Source of the DNA: the human T2T-CHM13v2.0 reference genome, Homo sapiens
Direction: 5' to 3' (one strand)
DNA length: 64,000 nt
Assembly (NCBI RefSeq): GCF_009914755.1
Contig: NC_060933.1
Every line of letters begins with the position of its first letter. Within the stretch, counting starts at the first letter, position 1. Positions 11,591-24,577 of the stretch are shown here, piece by piece. Under the pieces are notes generated by a model, which worked only from the letters and a program-made list of their open reading frames with translations, was not told where the DNA came from and made no database searches. The translations under genes and the position numbers were made by a program.

Positions 11591-11919
11591 TAAATGAAAA
11601 ATTGAGCAAATGACAGGAAAGGAATAGCTCTGATCCAATACTTGGACAACTAAGTTCTAGCGTGAATTCTGTAAAACTTCAGCATAGCTCTCTATGTGTC
11701 TACACCTCAGTTTCCCCTTCTTCAGCATCATCCCTGTGAACCTTCCAGCTATTCTGTTCCATGTAAAGAGAAAATAGCAGGAGACTTCACAGAGTTTCCA
11801 TCACTGGTCCTAAAACACATGCAAAACCATTGGCACAAACTCATTAAAGCCAATGCTTTAGGACCCTGCCACTAAAAGTGTGGACCAGCAGCAGCAATAA
11901 GCGGCCAGGAATTGTCTAG

Positions 11920-12377
11920 TGTGACAGCAGATTTCTAAACTTGCATTCTCATTCCCTGGGTACTCACTGTTGACAAGGGACTTTGCAGGAGAAATTAAAG
12001 GTTAATATCAAATGAACTTAAAATAGAGAGATCAGCCTGAATTGTCCAGATGGGCCCAAGGTAGAGGCAATCAGAGAGGTGTGGTAGAAGAAGGCAAAAC
12101 AAGCAGAAGGCAGAAGGGGAAGTTAGAGAGATTCAAAGTGTGAGATGGACTTGGCCCACAGCCGAGGAACTTGCAACAGACCCAGGCTCAGAGCCTCCAG
12201 AAAGAATGCAGCCTGATAACACCTTGATTTCAATCTTGTAAAACTCAGAGCAGAGAACCAGCTGAGCCGCACCGTACCCAGCTGTCTTACCTACAGAACT
12301 GTGAGTTAGTGAAGGGGTGCTTTTTTAAGCTACAAAGTTTATAGTAACTTGTGATGGCAGCAGTGGAAACTAGCACA
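11920..12377 (+). mobile_element. MLT1 (E/F-like) MaLR solo LTR inserted in a MER5-like fragment
   Basis: TG...CA ends; aagggactttgcagg and cctacagaactgtgag...ttttaagctac...ggcagcagtggaaactagcaca motifs. Confidence 0.75.
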
Positions 12378-12439
12378 ATGAGAACACACCTGCTCAATCA
12401 CAATATGTCCTTTTGCCAGATCCCAAGTTGATCTTTTCA

Positions 12440-12700
12440 AGACATGGTTCAATGTCATAGTTACTATCACAGAATCTGAAGGGAGGCTGCCTGGGTTCAA
12501 ATCCTGGCTCTGTCATTTACTAGCTGTGTGATCTTAGGGAACACATTTAACTTCTCTGTGCCCCTGCTTCCCCATTTGGATGATGGTAATCCTACCTCTC
12601 TTCCAGGAACATTTTGAGGATTAAATGACAACCCATAAAAGTACTTAGGACAGTGCCTATATGTATTAGGCAAAAACATGTTGGTTACTAATATTACTTA
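12440..12700 (+). mobile_element. MIR SINE
   Basis: gggttcaaatcctggctctgtcatttactagctgtgtgatcttaggg core. Confidence 0.8.
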
Positions 12701-12739
12701 AACCAGAATTTTTTATTCATTGTTGATCCCTCTGCCTCC

Positions 12740-13395
12740 ACTAATATCCAATCCATCACCCAGCTAGTTAATTTACCTCTTGAGTTTCTCTTGAATCTGT
12801 CCTCTTCCCTCTATCCCCACCATGACCGTCCTAGGTTGGCTATCATCATCACTTCCCAGAAGCACTCTGTGAATCTTCTCTAGTTCCGCAAAGAAGCTAA
12901 AGTGACTTTTCAAAATGCAAATCTAATCACAATGCTCTCCTGCTAAAACCTGTGGCTACTGGGGTAAATACAGGATCCATTAACATGTCCTGCGAAGTCT
13001 GATACCCCTACACCCATCTCAATTTCATTTTTCTTTCTTTTTCTTTCTTTCTTCTCTCTTCCCTCTCCTCTCTTCTCCTCTCTTCTCTCTCTCTTTCTCT
13101 CCTCTACTCTCTCCCCCCTTCTCTGGCCTTCCTTTAGCCTGTCCCGGTGGCCAAGCCTCCCCGCACTGGACCCTTTGCAGACATGGTTCCCTAAGGCTAG
13201 AGTGCTGGAATCACAGGTCCACAATTGTGTTTGTTCTTATTTGTTGGATGTCTGAGTCCCACTCCAGACTCTAAGCATGAGGGCAGGAGTGCATTTGCTT
13301 TTTCTCATCGTTGCATACCCCATAATTAGCACAGTTGCTGGCACAAATACTAGCTCAGTAAACAGTTTTTTAATGAACAAATGAATGAATAAAAA
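12740..13395 (+). mobile_element. L2 fragment containing a CT-rich simple repeat (13025-13120)
   Basis: tttcaaaatgcaaatctaatcac motif and aatgaatgaat tail. Confidence 0.65.
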
Positions 13396-14651
13396 TACCG
13401 TGGCACAGTTGAAGAGGCAGGACAAATAAGATGTTGGTGCTTCTTTTGGTTTGACTCCTACTTGGGGGCAGGGAGGGCAAGAATTAAATTATGTCAGATG
13501 GAAAACATAAATTCACTGGCTGGATCACTGTTGAGTTACTGCAACCTTTGTGAGTGTGTCACAGACTATGTTGGAAGTAGCTGAGCACAGGAGGAGAAAT
13601 CAGAAATTGGTTCAGCAAAGGGGTCATCTCAAAATATGCTACAAGTCTAAGGGGTTATATAACTACCAAAAGCTGAAAAATTGTCTTTCCACACCCTCAC
13701 CATATCTATCATTTCTTTAGGTTTGCTGCCTAGAAAGATCTCATTGTCAGGTATTTTTTCCCCCACCAAAATATATAAACCTCAGTTTGCAGCTATCTCA
13801 CTACTAGGTTAGCCCTCACTGTCCCTTTCCGTATTCAACCCTCCACCTCCCGCTTCCAGCTCTGTAGGTGTAAAACACGATGATCCAGAGCTGGAGAATG
13901 AAGACCCGCCTATGCTGTTCCCACACAGAACACAGCGTGAGGAGGTGGCGAGACATTCGCACACCACAGAGGGCCCTCGTATGGGGCTGGGGCAACTTGA
14001 CCTCAGATGTCTGTGCCAGAAAAAAAACTGATGAACAGGTACATCATTCAGGAATGTCCAAGCTCACAAATTCTTTATGAGGCCAGCAGAACTTGGAGGC
14101 CTGAAACCCTCCTCCAGAATCTAACTCATACCCCACCATTCTGTAATATGTATTCTCTGGGCTTCCATCACTGAAGTTCCGTCTCCCTGTCTTATAAGCT
14201 CCAAGGAATGTAGGGACCATGTCTAACATTGAGAATTCCAGATACAGGCAGGTGCTTTAAACCTGTAGCTTAATCAAATGGTTGTCAACGAGACAACATC
14301 AGCCTCCTTTTGTTGTCTCAGGCTAATTATTAGACAATTCAGAAATAAAATACAGATGATGTTTAGCCATGTCTTACTGAATGATTCAAATCAAACTCAC
14401 TCTCCAGGTAATCGGCAGAATTTCTGACTCTGTGCTGGATCCCTCCTTCACCTCCCTCCTAAACCCTCTACCAAGAGGACATACACCATACCCACCCTTC
14501 CGGATGGCAAGTTTGGAAATATGCTTGCACTGTGCACATTGGCCACTTTCTACTACTGGTGCTAAGCAATAACCCAGAGTAGCAAGCAGCCTAAGCCTGG
14601 GTTGAGATGGCGACAGTCTTTCCAAAGGACTCTAAGGCAATGAGCATAGAG

Positions 14652-14842
14652 CAATGGCTGTCAGACTTGAGTGGCCATCAGAATCACCGGGACAGCCTGT
14701 TCAAACACAGATTCCTATCTGCCACCCCCACCTCAGAATTTGTAATTCAGTAGATCCGAGGTGGAATCTGAGAATTTATATTTCTAATAAATTCCCAGTT
14801 GATGCTGATGCTGCTGGTCCTACCTTGAGAACCACCAACACT
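14652..14842. mobile_element. MER5A hAT-Charlie element
   Basis: catcagaatcacc...gaatttatatttctaataaattcccagttgatgctgatgctgctggtcc...ttgagaaccac. Confidence 0.8.
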
Positions 14843-15424
14843 GGTGTTAACTACATAGTCTTAGTAATGATACTAGAAAGATGTGGGTTCAAGTCCCAGC
14901 TCAGCCACTTAGCATGTAACTTTGGATAAAGTATTAAATCTCTCAAATTCTCACTTTCCTCATCTATAAAAAGAAAGTATTAACAGCAGCAATGCTGAGG
15001 ATTAAATGGGTGATGCATCTGGAAGCATACGAAACATCCCCACCCCAGAAGACAGAGCCCCTTTCCCTGCACCACACCCAGTCCCTGCTCTCCCCAGGCT
15101 GCCGGTGCAACTCTCCTTAACAGGGCTGCTATAGGAACATTTGAGCAGTGGGCAGGGCACAGCTAATTGTCTCCACTTGCCTCTGTCCAGTGGTGTCCTG
15201 TCCACAAGGGCAATGCTAAGATGAGCATCAGCCCACCTCACAGAGCGCAAACAAGGCTATTGCCTGATGCTTCTGGAAGAATGGTGTTTCACATAGCTTT
15301 TTGCCCTGAGACTAAGAGATAAAGTAATTCATCCAAAACCACACAGCTAATAATGGCAGAGCTCCAGAGTTAGGACAATGCACCTGCTGACTCGCCTATA
15401 CTGAACTGCATTTGTAATCTTGCT

Positions 15425-15917
15425 GTATTAATTTCTTATGGCTGCTCTAACAGATAACTACAATTTGGTACCATAAAACAATACATATTTATTCCCTCAC
15501 ACTTCTGGAGGTCAGTAGTCAGCAATCAGGGTTTCAGTAGGGCCACCCTACCAGAGGGTCCAGGGGAGAATCCATTTTCTTGTTTTTTTCAGCTTCTAGA
15601 GCTGCATTCCTGGCATTCTTTTGCTCATGACCCCTTCCTCCATCTTCAAAGCCAGCAGTAGCCTCGTTAAATCTCTCACTCTACAGTGAGAGAGATTAGA
15701 TCACCTTCTTCTGTAGTAAATTCTCCTTCTGTTTTCCTCTTCTAAGAACACTTGTGATTATATTGGTGCCACCCTGATAATCCAGGATAATCTCCCCATT
15801 TCAAGATCTTTAACTTAATCACATCTGGGAAATCCCTTTTGCTGTACAAGGTAATACTCACAGGTCCCAGACATGAGGACTTGGATATATTTGGAGGCCA
15901 TTTTACGGCCTCCCACA
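15425..15917 (-). mobile_element. MLT1B/C MaLR LTR
   Basis: tgtattaatttcttatggctgct...ataatccaggataatctccccatttcaagatc...cacaggtcccag. Confidence 0.8.
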
Positions 15918-16445
15918 CTTGGATTTTTTGTCTAATTCTCTGAGCCACCATTTTTACTTCAGTGAAGTGGAAATAATAATATGTCCTCATGAGAACATTA
16001 CCATGTGGTACACACTAACTCACTGAATAAATGTCCGCTGGATTGTTGAATGCTTCCTGCAATACTCTTTTGTGTGTATCTTGCATTAATTCGTTAACTA
16101 TTTACTCATCTAACTTTTATTAAACACTTACTATGTGTTAAGTACTGAGCTGGGCATAGGGAATATAATATAAGGGTATATAAGGATATAATAGAATACA
16201 TTTCCTCCCTTTACAGATTTTATACTGTAATAAAGGGATCTAAATGAGGGAGCAAATGCCCTGATGTGTTAACACGTGTTATGAAAAGGAATTAGAGAGG
16301 ATATGCTCTACCGAATGGGTTGTCAGTCCCCTGGGCAGGAGGTAGGAGTGGAAGGACAGAGCTGGAGATAGGAGGCTGGAAAGGGACAGGGAGGTGTGAG
16401 CACCTGGAAAGTGCCAGGAATTTTTCCCTGATGGAGCCTTGGGGC

Positions 16446-16843
16446 TGTCTTAGTCTGCTTCCTGCTGCTATAACAGAATACCACAAACTGGGTAGTTTAT
16501 AAAAAATAGGACTTTATTTGGCTCATGGTCCTGGAGGCTGGAAAGTCTAAGATCAAGCAGCTGCATTTGGTGAGAGCCTTCTTGCTATATCATAACATGG
16601 TAGAAGGCATGACATGGCAAGAAAGCGTACATGTGTCAGAGAGAAATGGGAGCCAAACTTCATCTTTTTATCAGGAGCCCTCTCTCACCATAACGAACCC
16701 ACTTTCACAGTAATGGCATAGTCCATTTATGAAGGCAGAGCCCCCATGACTTAATCACCTCTTAAAGGTCTCTCCTCTTGATACTGTCATAATGGCAATT
16801 AAATTTCAACATGAGTTTTGGAGGGGACATTCAAACCGTAGCA
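16446..16843 (-). mobile_element. MLT1A/MST-type MaLR LTR inserted in an L2
   Basis: tgtcttagtctgcttcctgctgctataacagaataccacaaactggg...ttttggaggggacattcaaaccgtagca. Confidence 0.85.
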
Positions 16844-18682
16844 GGTCCCAAGGACTGAGGCACAGTGGGAGAGAGATGAGCTAACAATGCTGCCAAGGGT
16901 CTGACTGCAATGACCCTGGGTGCCATGTAAAGAAATCTGGGTCATGTTATGTTCTCCAGGAGCCACTGCAAAGTTTAAAGAGGCCCTTCTCAGTATTCCA
17001 TCCTCTGCAGGGATCCAGGACTCCTGGCAGGAAACCCTGAAAGCTCTGTCCTCCTCATAAATATTAAAATACCAAATTCACAGAATTGTCTGTGAAGTGG
17101 TAGTGGTTTCCTTAAGTGCCTCTTGCCTTTGCCTTTCTTCCTCATTGAGACCTTTTATGATTTATAGTTTCAGAATTTTATTTTTAGAGCCTCCCATTAC
17201 AGTGAGCCATCATCTCCCTTGAACCTCTGTCAATCTAATTTATAAGTCATCTGTTCTTAAAAATATTCTTATACCTCTGGATCCCATTTAACTCTCTAAT
17301 CTTTGCAGTTCTTTTCATATGAGAATGTTCAAAAGGTAAATTCACCAAATTAACTATTAGGCAGAGAAGAATAATTCTGATTGCTCATGCAGTATTTTTT
17401 TTCCAACCTGGATGGTTTTGCTGAGAAGTGGATTGATGGTAACTGTGATGTGAATTTATTTGAAAATGTTTGCTTTCCTGGATGCATAGTCCTTGGTCTA
17501 TTTTATCCCTTCACTTTACCTCCTGAAACTTAGCACCCCTCTCTAATATATTTTTGTCAACTGATATCATTCTCTCCATGAACTTCAATAAATTGGCAGT
17601 GAACTTCTGTGCTGGAAAGACATTTTGCATTAAAAACTGGATTCACAGCAGGCAATCTGCCTGGGGACCACATGTCTAAGAAAGCAGTCATTGTTAACTA
17701 AGGATATTTCAAGCCTAGATAGAATAGGGCTGGTGTGCTCTGAAGCCACAAATGTCTAGCCTACTAAAAGCAAAATTACTGTACTGCATGTTGGTAATTA
17801 ACCTTGTCAACTAACTTTCAGAACAACTCCAGCGTAATGTACACACCTTTCTTTTGAGTTATATTGTTGTGATTCCTGGATCCCATTACATTCTACTTGC
17901 AACCTGCGTTCCTATCGCTACCCCTTACCAGCACTCCCTGATTTGCTTGCCCTGTTCAGCTTTTTGGTTCATAGAATTTAGTAGCTTCTAACCGTACTAA
18001 TCATGCAAAATTTACTAGTTTACTTTATATCTCCTGTGTTATGATGTAAACTTCACCAGGAAGGAGATCTGTGTTTTGCCTACTACTGTATCTCAGATGC
18101 CTGGAATAGTACCTGACATGTAGTAGGCGCTCAATAATTAGATGATGAATGAATTACTGAGTGCCTTTTCATGGAGCTTTTAACTATCGTGTCACTGCTT
18201 TTCGCATCCCTAACGTCCAATAGTCAACTTATTTATTTACCAAAATGTTTCGATCACTTCACCACATGGCAAGTTGTGGTCTAGATCACAGAAAATTACT
18301 CTTGACCTTAAAGAGCAACTAGTCCCTGTCAAGGAGACACATATGTGCAGAATCACCAGTTGATATACATAATTATAAATAAATAAAATTATAAATTAAA
18401 ATATAAATTATCAATTTAAATATATATTAAATTATAAATTAAAATATGTACAAAGCACAACCAAGCACAGAAAGAATTAATTCAGCTGCATAATGATGTG
18501 GTAGGAAAGATTCAGATAATTCTTCACAGAGGAGGCTACTTTGAGTTGTAGAGAATGAGTAGAAGTTTGCTGGAAGAAGAAAGAAAGGAGTGGGCACACT
18601 TCAAATGGCTGTTCTAAGTGGGAGAGTGTATCATGGGCTTGGGGGACTGGAAGTCTCTTGGAAACGCCAGAGCATGAGGATG

Positions 18683-19150
18683 TGTCTTAGTTGACCTCAA
18701 CAGCAGCTGACCTTGAGACAAAGATTCAAGTCCAAGAGTTTTTTTAGGGGAGGTCAAAGAAAACGCCAGTGGTGAAGCAGGAGAGTCAGATAGGGAAGGG
18801 AATGCAGCCAATGAAGGTTATGTCATCAAGCCAGTTACTGTAAGCTACCAGAGGGGCAACTGGAGTTCAACGTCGTGGAGAAACTCTGGAAAATGGTATA
18901 TAACATAGGCCTCAGAGTTTCCCCACTGATGAGGCAATGTAGCTGTGCTTTTCATATACTAAATCTCTGTCATTGGTTGAGGACAACTCCCGGGGGTCAG
19001 TTCGCTCCCTCTTCTGGCCTGCCATGTGTGCCTGACAGAGCACAGGCCTCAAGGAAGTACAAAGCAACACTCTCCCCTGTAAGTTTGTTTCTGCATATGG
19101 ATGTGATGAGGCCAAATGGTGTGTGCAGGGCACCAAAAGAGTCTGCTACA
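18683..19150 (-). mobile_element. Old MLT1 (H/I/J-like) LTR interrupting a minus-strand L2 (~18220-19810)
   Basis: tgtcttagt...ccttgagacaaagattcaagtccaag...gcaccaaaagagtctgctaca; L2-like purine-rich flanks on both sides. Confidence 0.7.
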
Positions 19151-20177
19151 GTTTGTAAGGTGAGCAATAGAGGATGAGGGTAAAATTGAAGCAAGGGCCA
19201 AATTTTTAAGGCTCTTGTATGTCATTCCTTCGAGCTTTATTCTGTATTGAGGGAGCAGCGTTGCAAGATTTTAGGTAGGAGAGTGGTCTGATAAGGTTTG
19301 AATTTCAGAGAGAACATTCTGGCTACAGAATGAATGACAGAATTGGCGTGGGGGGTGGAGAATATCGAGTCCAGGAGACCAATTAGGAAGATAAATCCAC
19401 CATATGGTATAGAAATGATTGAGCTAAAAGACATGGGCTGGTGCTGGAGATGGGGATGAGCAGATGGAATGGAGAGCTGTTCAGGAGATAGAACAGACTG
19501 AAATTGTGAGGGATTAGATGTGAGGAGGGATCGGGGATGACTCCCTGGCGCAGGCTCCCCTGATTGGATGATGGTGGCACTCACCTAGATTGGAAGCACA
19601 GGAGGGGTATCAGTGCTGGGCTAAAGTGGTAAGGCTTGTTGAACACGGTAAGTTGGAGATACCTGTAAAGTATCCAGGTGGAGAATCCAGTGGGCAATAG
19701 ATGCAGGATTATTGAACTCAGGAGAAAGATCTGGACTGAGAAGAATTGTTTAGAAACCACTACTTTATGGAAGAGATTTAAGGGCAGAGAAGCAGAAGAA
19801 ATTCCAGGATACATAACTGAAAGTTTGCCATGTGGGATGAGTTAATTGAATGTTACTATCAACATCCATTCGTATGAAGTCCTTTGCTAAGCTAGAGATG
19901 ACCTGGCACCTATCATCCCTGGGTATTGCTTTGCCTTTATTTCTCTCTGCATCTTTCTAAAATTATTATTTCTTTCCCTCAGCCTAGCTGGATTTGGAGA
20001 GGGAACAAGACAAATTGTGTGATTTGGGGCAAGCTGTAGAAACTCTAATTATTAGCTTCTTCATCTGTAAAATGGGGCTCCCATAAGTGGAGACTGGTTT
20101 GTCTGATAGTCAATTGAAGAAACTTTCTTGAGAGGCTTTCCAAAGCTTTCTCCCTCTCCTGACCTCAAAAGATCTTA

Positions 20178-20526
<349 letters not shown>

Positions 20527-21064
20527 TCACTGCACCCGCCATGAGCATTCACCCCCAGCAAGCACTGCACCTTTTACCTGCTAATGCTGGTTCATCTTTT
20601 ACCTAGCACTTCATAATTGATTAAATAGCAGCTACGCTTGGGACCATTCTAAATGGTCCCAGCCACTGAGACCACTGTGAGAAAAGCCCTTTGTAACTAC
20701 TTACCTTCTCTTCGTGTGAGTTTTATGCCAAGTATCTACGGATGTGCAACTCTTCCGCCAGACAGTTCTGCTGGCCAAGGACAGGATGGCCCCTCTGAAG
20801 GAATGTGTAGGTGATGACATTTCTTTCATCATTTTGGTACCTAAACATGACACTCTATCTGGCAACAATGAAAGGCACTCCTGATTGCTTATGGCATGGC
20901 TGTAGGGGGAAGGGGCTGTGAGCGTCTGCACTATATTTTGCTCCATCAACTCTTGTTATATGGGTTGATATAGCAGGAGAGATAACAAGAGTTGTGTGTC
21001 TTGTTGATATCACAAGAGTTGTGTGTTAGAGAAAGAACACAGCCATCCAGCATTGAGCAGGCTG

Positions 21065-21109
21065 AAAATACTGCCACTGACAAAATACTGCCATTGACAA
21101 AGTACTGCC
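21065..21109. repeat. 17-bp tandem repeat, ~2.6 copies
   Basis: aaaatactgccactgac / aaaatactgccattgac / aaagtactgcc. Confidence 0.9.
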
Positions 21110-22907
21110 TGTGGCATGTGGTTAAACGCACAGTGCTACGCCAGGAGTTGCTTAGTTTCAATACATCTGCTAGATCATTCCAACCAGCTTTCCTATATTC
21201 CCAGGCTCTGGCAATGCTACCACCATTTTCTTAACTCACTCAAGTTTAAGTCCATCAACTCGACTCCTTTTTCTCCACTCATTTCCTATATGCAGGTTGT
21301 CATCATTTATCAGTCATAATGACATTTATTCACCATTTGTTATATTCCAGACAAACCCTGTGCTAAGTGCCTTTAAATACTTTATCAAATTTAGTCATTA
21401 CAACAACTTTCTGAGGTAGGGTTATTTTTATATTTTTTTGCACCTATGGAAACGAGGGTTAGAAAAGTTAAGTAGCAAGCCTAAAACACCACACAGCTAG
21501 AAAGTGGCAGAGCTGGAATATGGATCTGGCTTTCCCAGCCACTTATGTACCATAGTCCCTCCTGCAGAGCATTAAGGATCTTATCTGCCCCTCCTATATG
21601 TGACACTTTGAAGTTTCCAAAGCATTGTCACAAAGCTATCATTTGATCCTCCAAGTGGAGCAGAGAACTAGGCAGGACATGTATCATTGTCATTTCCACA
21701 GAAGTGACTAAGCCCCACGGGGTTTCACCGACCTACTCAAAACCATGCGTCCATGCCTTGGACTCAGATCTTCTCTCTTTTCATTATTCCCATAAATATC
21801 ATTCTTTTTGTTCAGAGAAGCTGATTCTTCTGTAATGACCCATGTATAAAATTTCATGGGAGGCCAGATTTAGCCTACTACAAAGATATTTCAGATAGTT
21901 GAAGTTTTCCAAAAATGGAAGAGGAGGTAGTGAGTTCTTCTTCCTTTTCGGTATTCATTCAAACACTGAGCAGTCACTGGCTGGGCTAGAAAATCATTGA
22001 GGGAATTCAACCCATTCCCTGGGGACAGGGTAAATAAAGGCAGCTAGAGTAGATGAGCTCTAAAAGCCATCTGTCCCTGAGATCTGATGGCTCAATTTTC
22101 TGGGGACCACTCTGTCCTCACCATTTTGGTTGTAGTGGTTCCACTCCCTCACCCTGGCTTACTGCAGCCATCTCCTGGTTGATTTTCTGGACGCTGTCTT
22201 TCAATTCATTTAGTCTCCCTTGACCAGGGTGATCTTCACCAAAGTTGTGCCCAGCATAGACTTTATCTCTTTCTAAATCTTCAGTGACTCCCTTTGACCA
22301 GCTGTACCCACTTGATACCCCTCTAACTGATGTTCCGTTATCTGTCTACATCCTCCATCCAAGGTCATTTTTCATTTCTCTCGAACTCAGTTTCTACTTC
22401 AGTCAACCCAATCATTTGCCTGCTCCCAGAGACATCAGACTTATTCTACCTTCAACCCTTTGCTTTCCTTGTCTCTCTCTGAAACATTCTCCACTTTCCC
22501 TCCTGCCCACTTAACCACATCCTCCATTCTTTCATGCCCAAGGCAATCTGATTTGCAGTTCAACAAACAAAAAAATGGAATGAATTCCTCACACTTAGGA
22601 ACAATCTTCCACTCATACAGTGAGGCCACGGAGACCCCAGAATAAGCAAGAGATGGCCCTGTCCTCGGGGAAGAGTATAATCAGAACCAGCTGCTCTGGA
22701 CAAGACTTAGATTTGAACACTTGATTCTACATTGGCTAGTTTTCTTGATAGTTGATGTGAGCTGATTCTATCCCACAAAGGGTAGAAAGTGAGCCTTCTT
22801 CCAACACCCCACGCCCCATGCAAGAAAATGGTAGGCAAGCAAATAGTTCCAGATTACATGATTGAGGAGTCTAGGATTGCATGTTTGACTTTTTCCCCAC
22901 ATTCACT

Positions 22908-22957
22908 CACACACACACACACGTGCACACACACACACATATGTGTGTGTGCACGCA
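22908..22957. repeat. (CA)n/(TG)n alternating purine-pyrimidine tract
   Basis: cacacacacacacacgtgcacacacacacacatatgtgtgtgtgcacgca. Confidence 0.9.
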
Positions 22958-24249
22958 GCCCACCAGTGATTTGAATTTCTAGGATATTGGAAGGGGGGTG
23001 CCATTTAAACATGAAATCTCATCTCTACTACTTTCTTGAAAAAGGGTATGTATAGCAAAACTCTGGTTAAAAGAGGAGAGTTTGGAGTCTGACTTCTTGG
23101 TTTAAGTCCCAGCTCTGGCAACAGCTAGGTGACCTTAACAGACCACTAATGTCTCATTGCCTCAACTTTCTCAACAACAACAACAAAAAGCAGGCCTTGG
23201 GGATGATTTAAAAAACAAGCAGTATACAATGCCTTTCTCCCAACAGGGTCAAGTTATTGTAAGGATCAAGTAAGTTAGTATTTGTGGAGCACTCCGAACA
23301 ATTCCTAGCATATGGTAATCATGAAATAAGTGTTAGCTGTTCTTATTATTACTAATTCAGTGACCTTGGACAGACTGCTTACATTTCCTGAGCCTTGGTT
23401 TCCTCATCTGTAAGAGGAGAGCAATGCTCACCTCCATAAACTGGCTCTGAGAATTAAGTGTGAAAATATTGAGAAAGCTTTTCTAGAAAAGCTTCCCTTA
23501 TCTTTGACCCAATGCCTGGACTTACGCTCCCCAAACAATACAACTACAACTTTCTCCTCTCCCTACTTCTTTAGCCATTTTGCAAGTCTATCATTCATGC
23601 TACTGTTGTAAGCTGGTTGTTTTTATTCCATAGAAAATGTTGGCCTCTGACAAATTCATCTTTAGAAAATTATAACCTAAATGACACTAGACAATTGCAT
23701 AAGCCAAAGACTGTTCAAGTTCCCCAAGCCCACAGGCAGCTTTTCCACAGCCCATCCCTGCCCATTTTGGCAAACTGTGAACAGCAGAGAGAGGAATTGG
23801 CCTTCCCCAGGAAAATTTGGGGCCCCAGGCACATCATACCATGTAAAATCTGGTTAAGATAAATATCAAGAGCAGCCTTGAAAGCAAAAAGAAGTCACAG
23901 CAGGTCAGACAGCAGCCAGAGGGAGTTTGGGAAGGGGAGGAGGGCCTGAGTCACCAGCTCTGCCTGAGATGATCACTAGAATCGAGTTTCCAGGGAAAGG
24001 CAGGCTTCCTGAGCTGTGGATGCTAAGCCTGCCTGGTAGCTGCAGACCTAAGCCATGGGCTAGGCTTTGAAGGCCCAGGACCCCCGATATGGGGCCCAGA
24101 CTTGTTTCACTGGTTGCTTGTTCCCTAGAGATGCTGCTAAAGAGGCCACCAAGGGGAAAGTTACTTAACTAATTCAGGAAGGTGTGGTGGCCTCCAAGGG
24201 AGACGCTGAGGGCCTGCTTGGGGTGGGCTTGATAATAATGGAGAGTGGA

Positions 24250-24577
24250 GGCCAGGTGTGGTGGCTCATGCCTGTAATCCCAGCACTTTGGGAGACCAAG
24301 GCAGGCAGGCGATCCTTCTCTGTAAGGATCACCTGGGGTCAGGAGTGCAAGACCACCTGATTAACATGGTGAAACCCAGTCTCTACCAAAAATACAAAAA
24401 TTAGCTGAGTGTGGTAGCACACACCTGTAGTCCCAGCTACTCAGAGGCTGAGGCAGGAGAATTGCTTGAACCTGGGAAGCAGAGGTTGCAGTAAGCCAAG
24501 ATCACACCACTGCACTCCAGCCTGGGTGACAAAGCATGATTCTGTCTAAAAAAATTAAAAATTAAAACAAAAAAAAA
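24250..24577 (+). mobile_element. AluS with a small internal insertion
   Basis: Full dimer; extra bases at ~24305-24326. Confidence 0.92.

Noticed and set aside
18370-18446. AT-rich aattataaat repeats
   Set aside because: Ordinary low-complexity expansion inside an L2.
20947-21109. Repeat-spacer pattern as a CRISPR-like array
   Set aside because: Only 2-3 units, no regular unique spacers, eukaryotic intron context.
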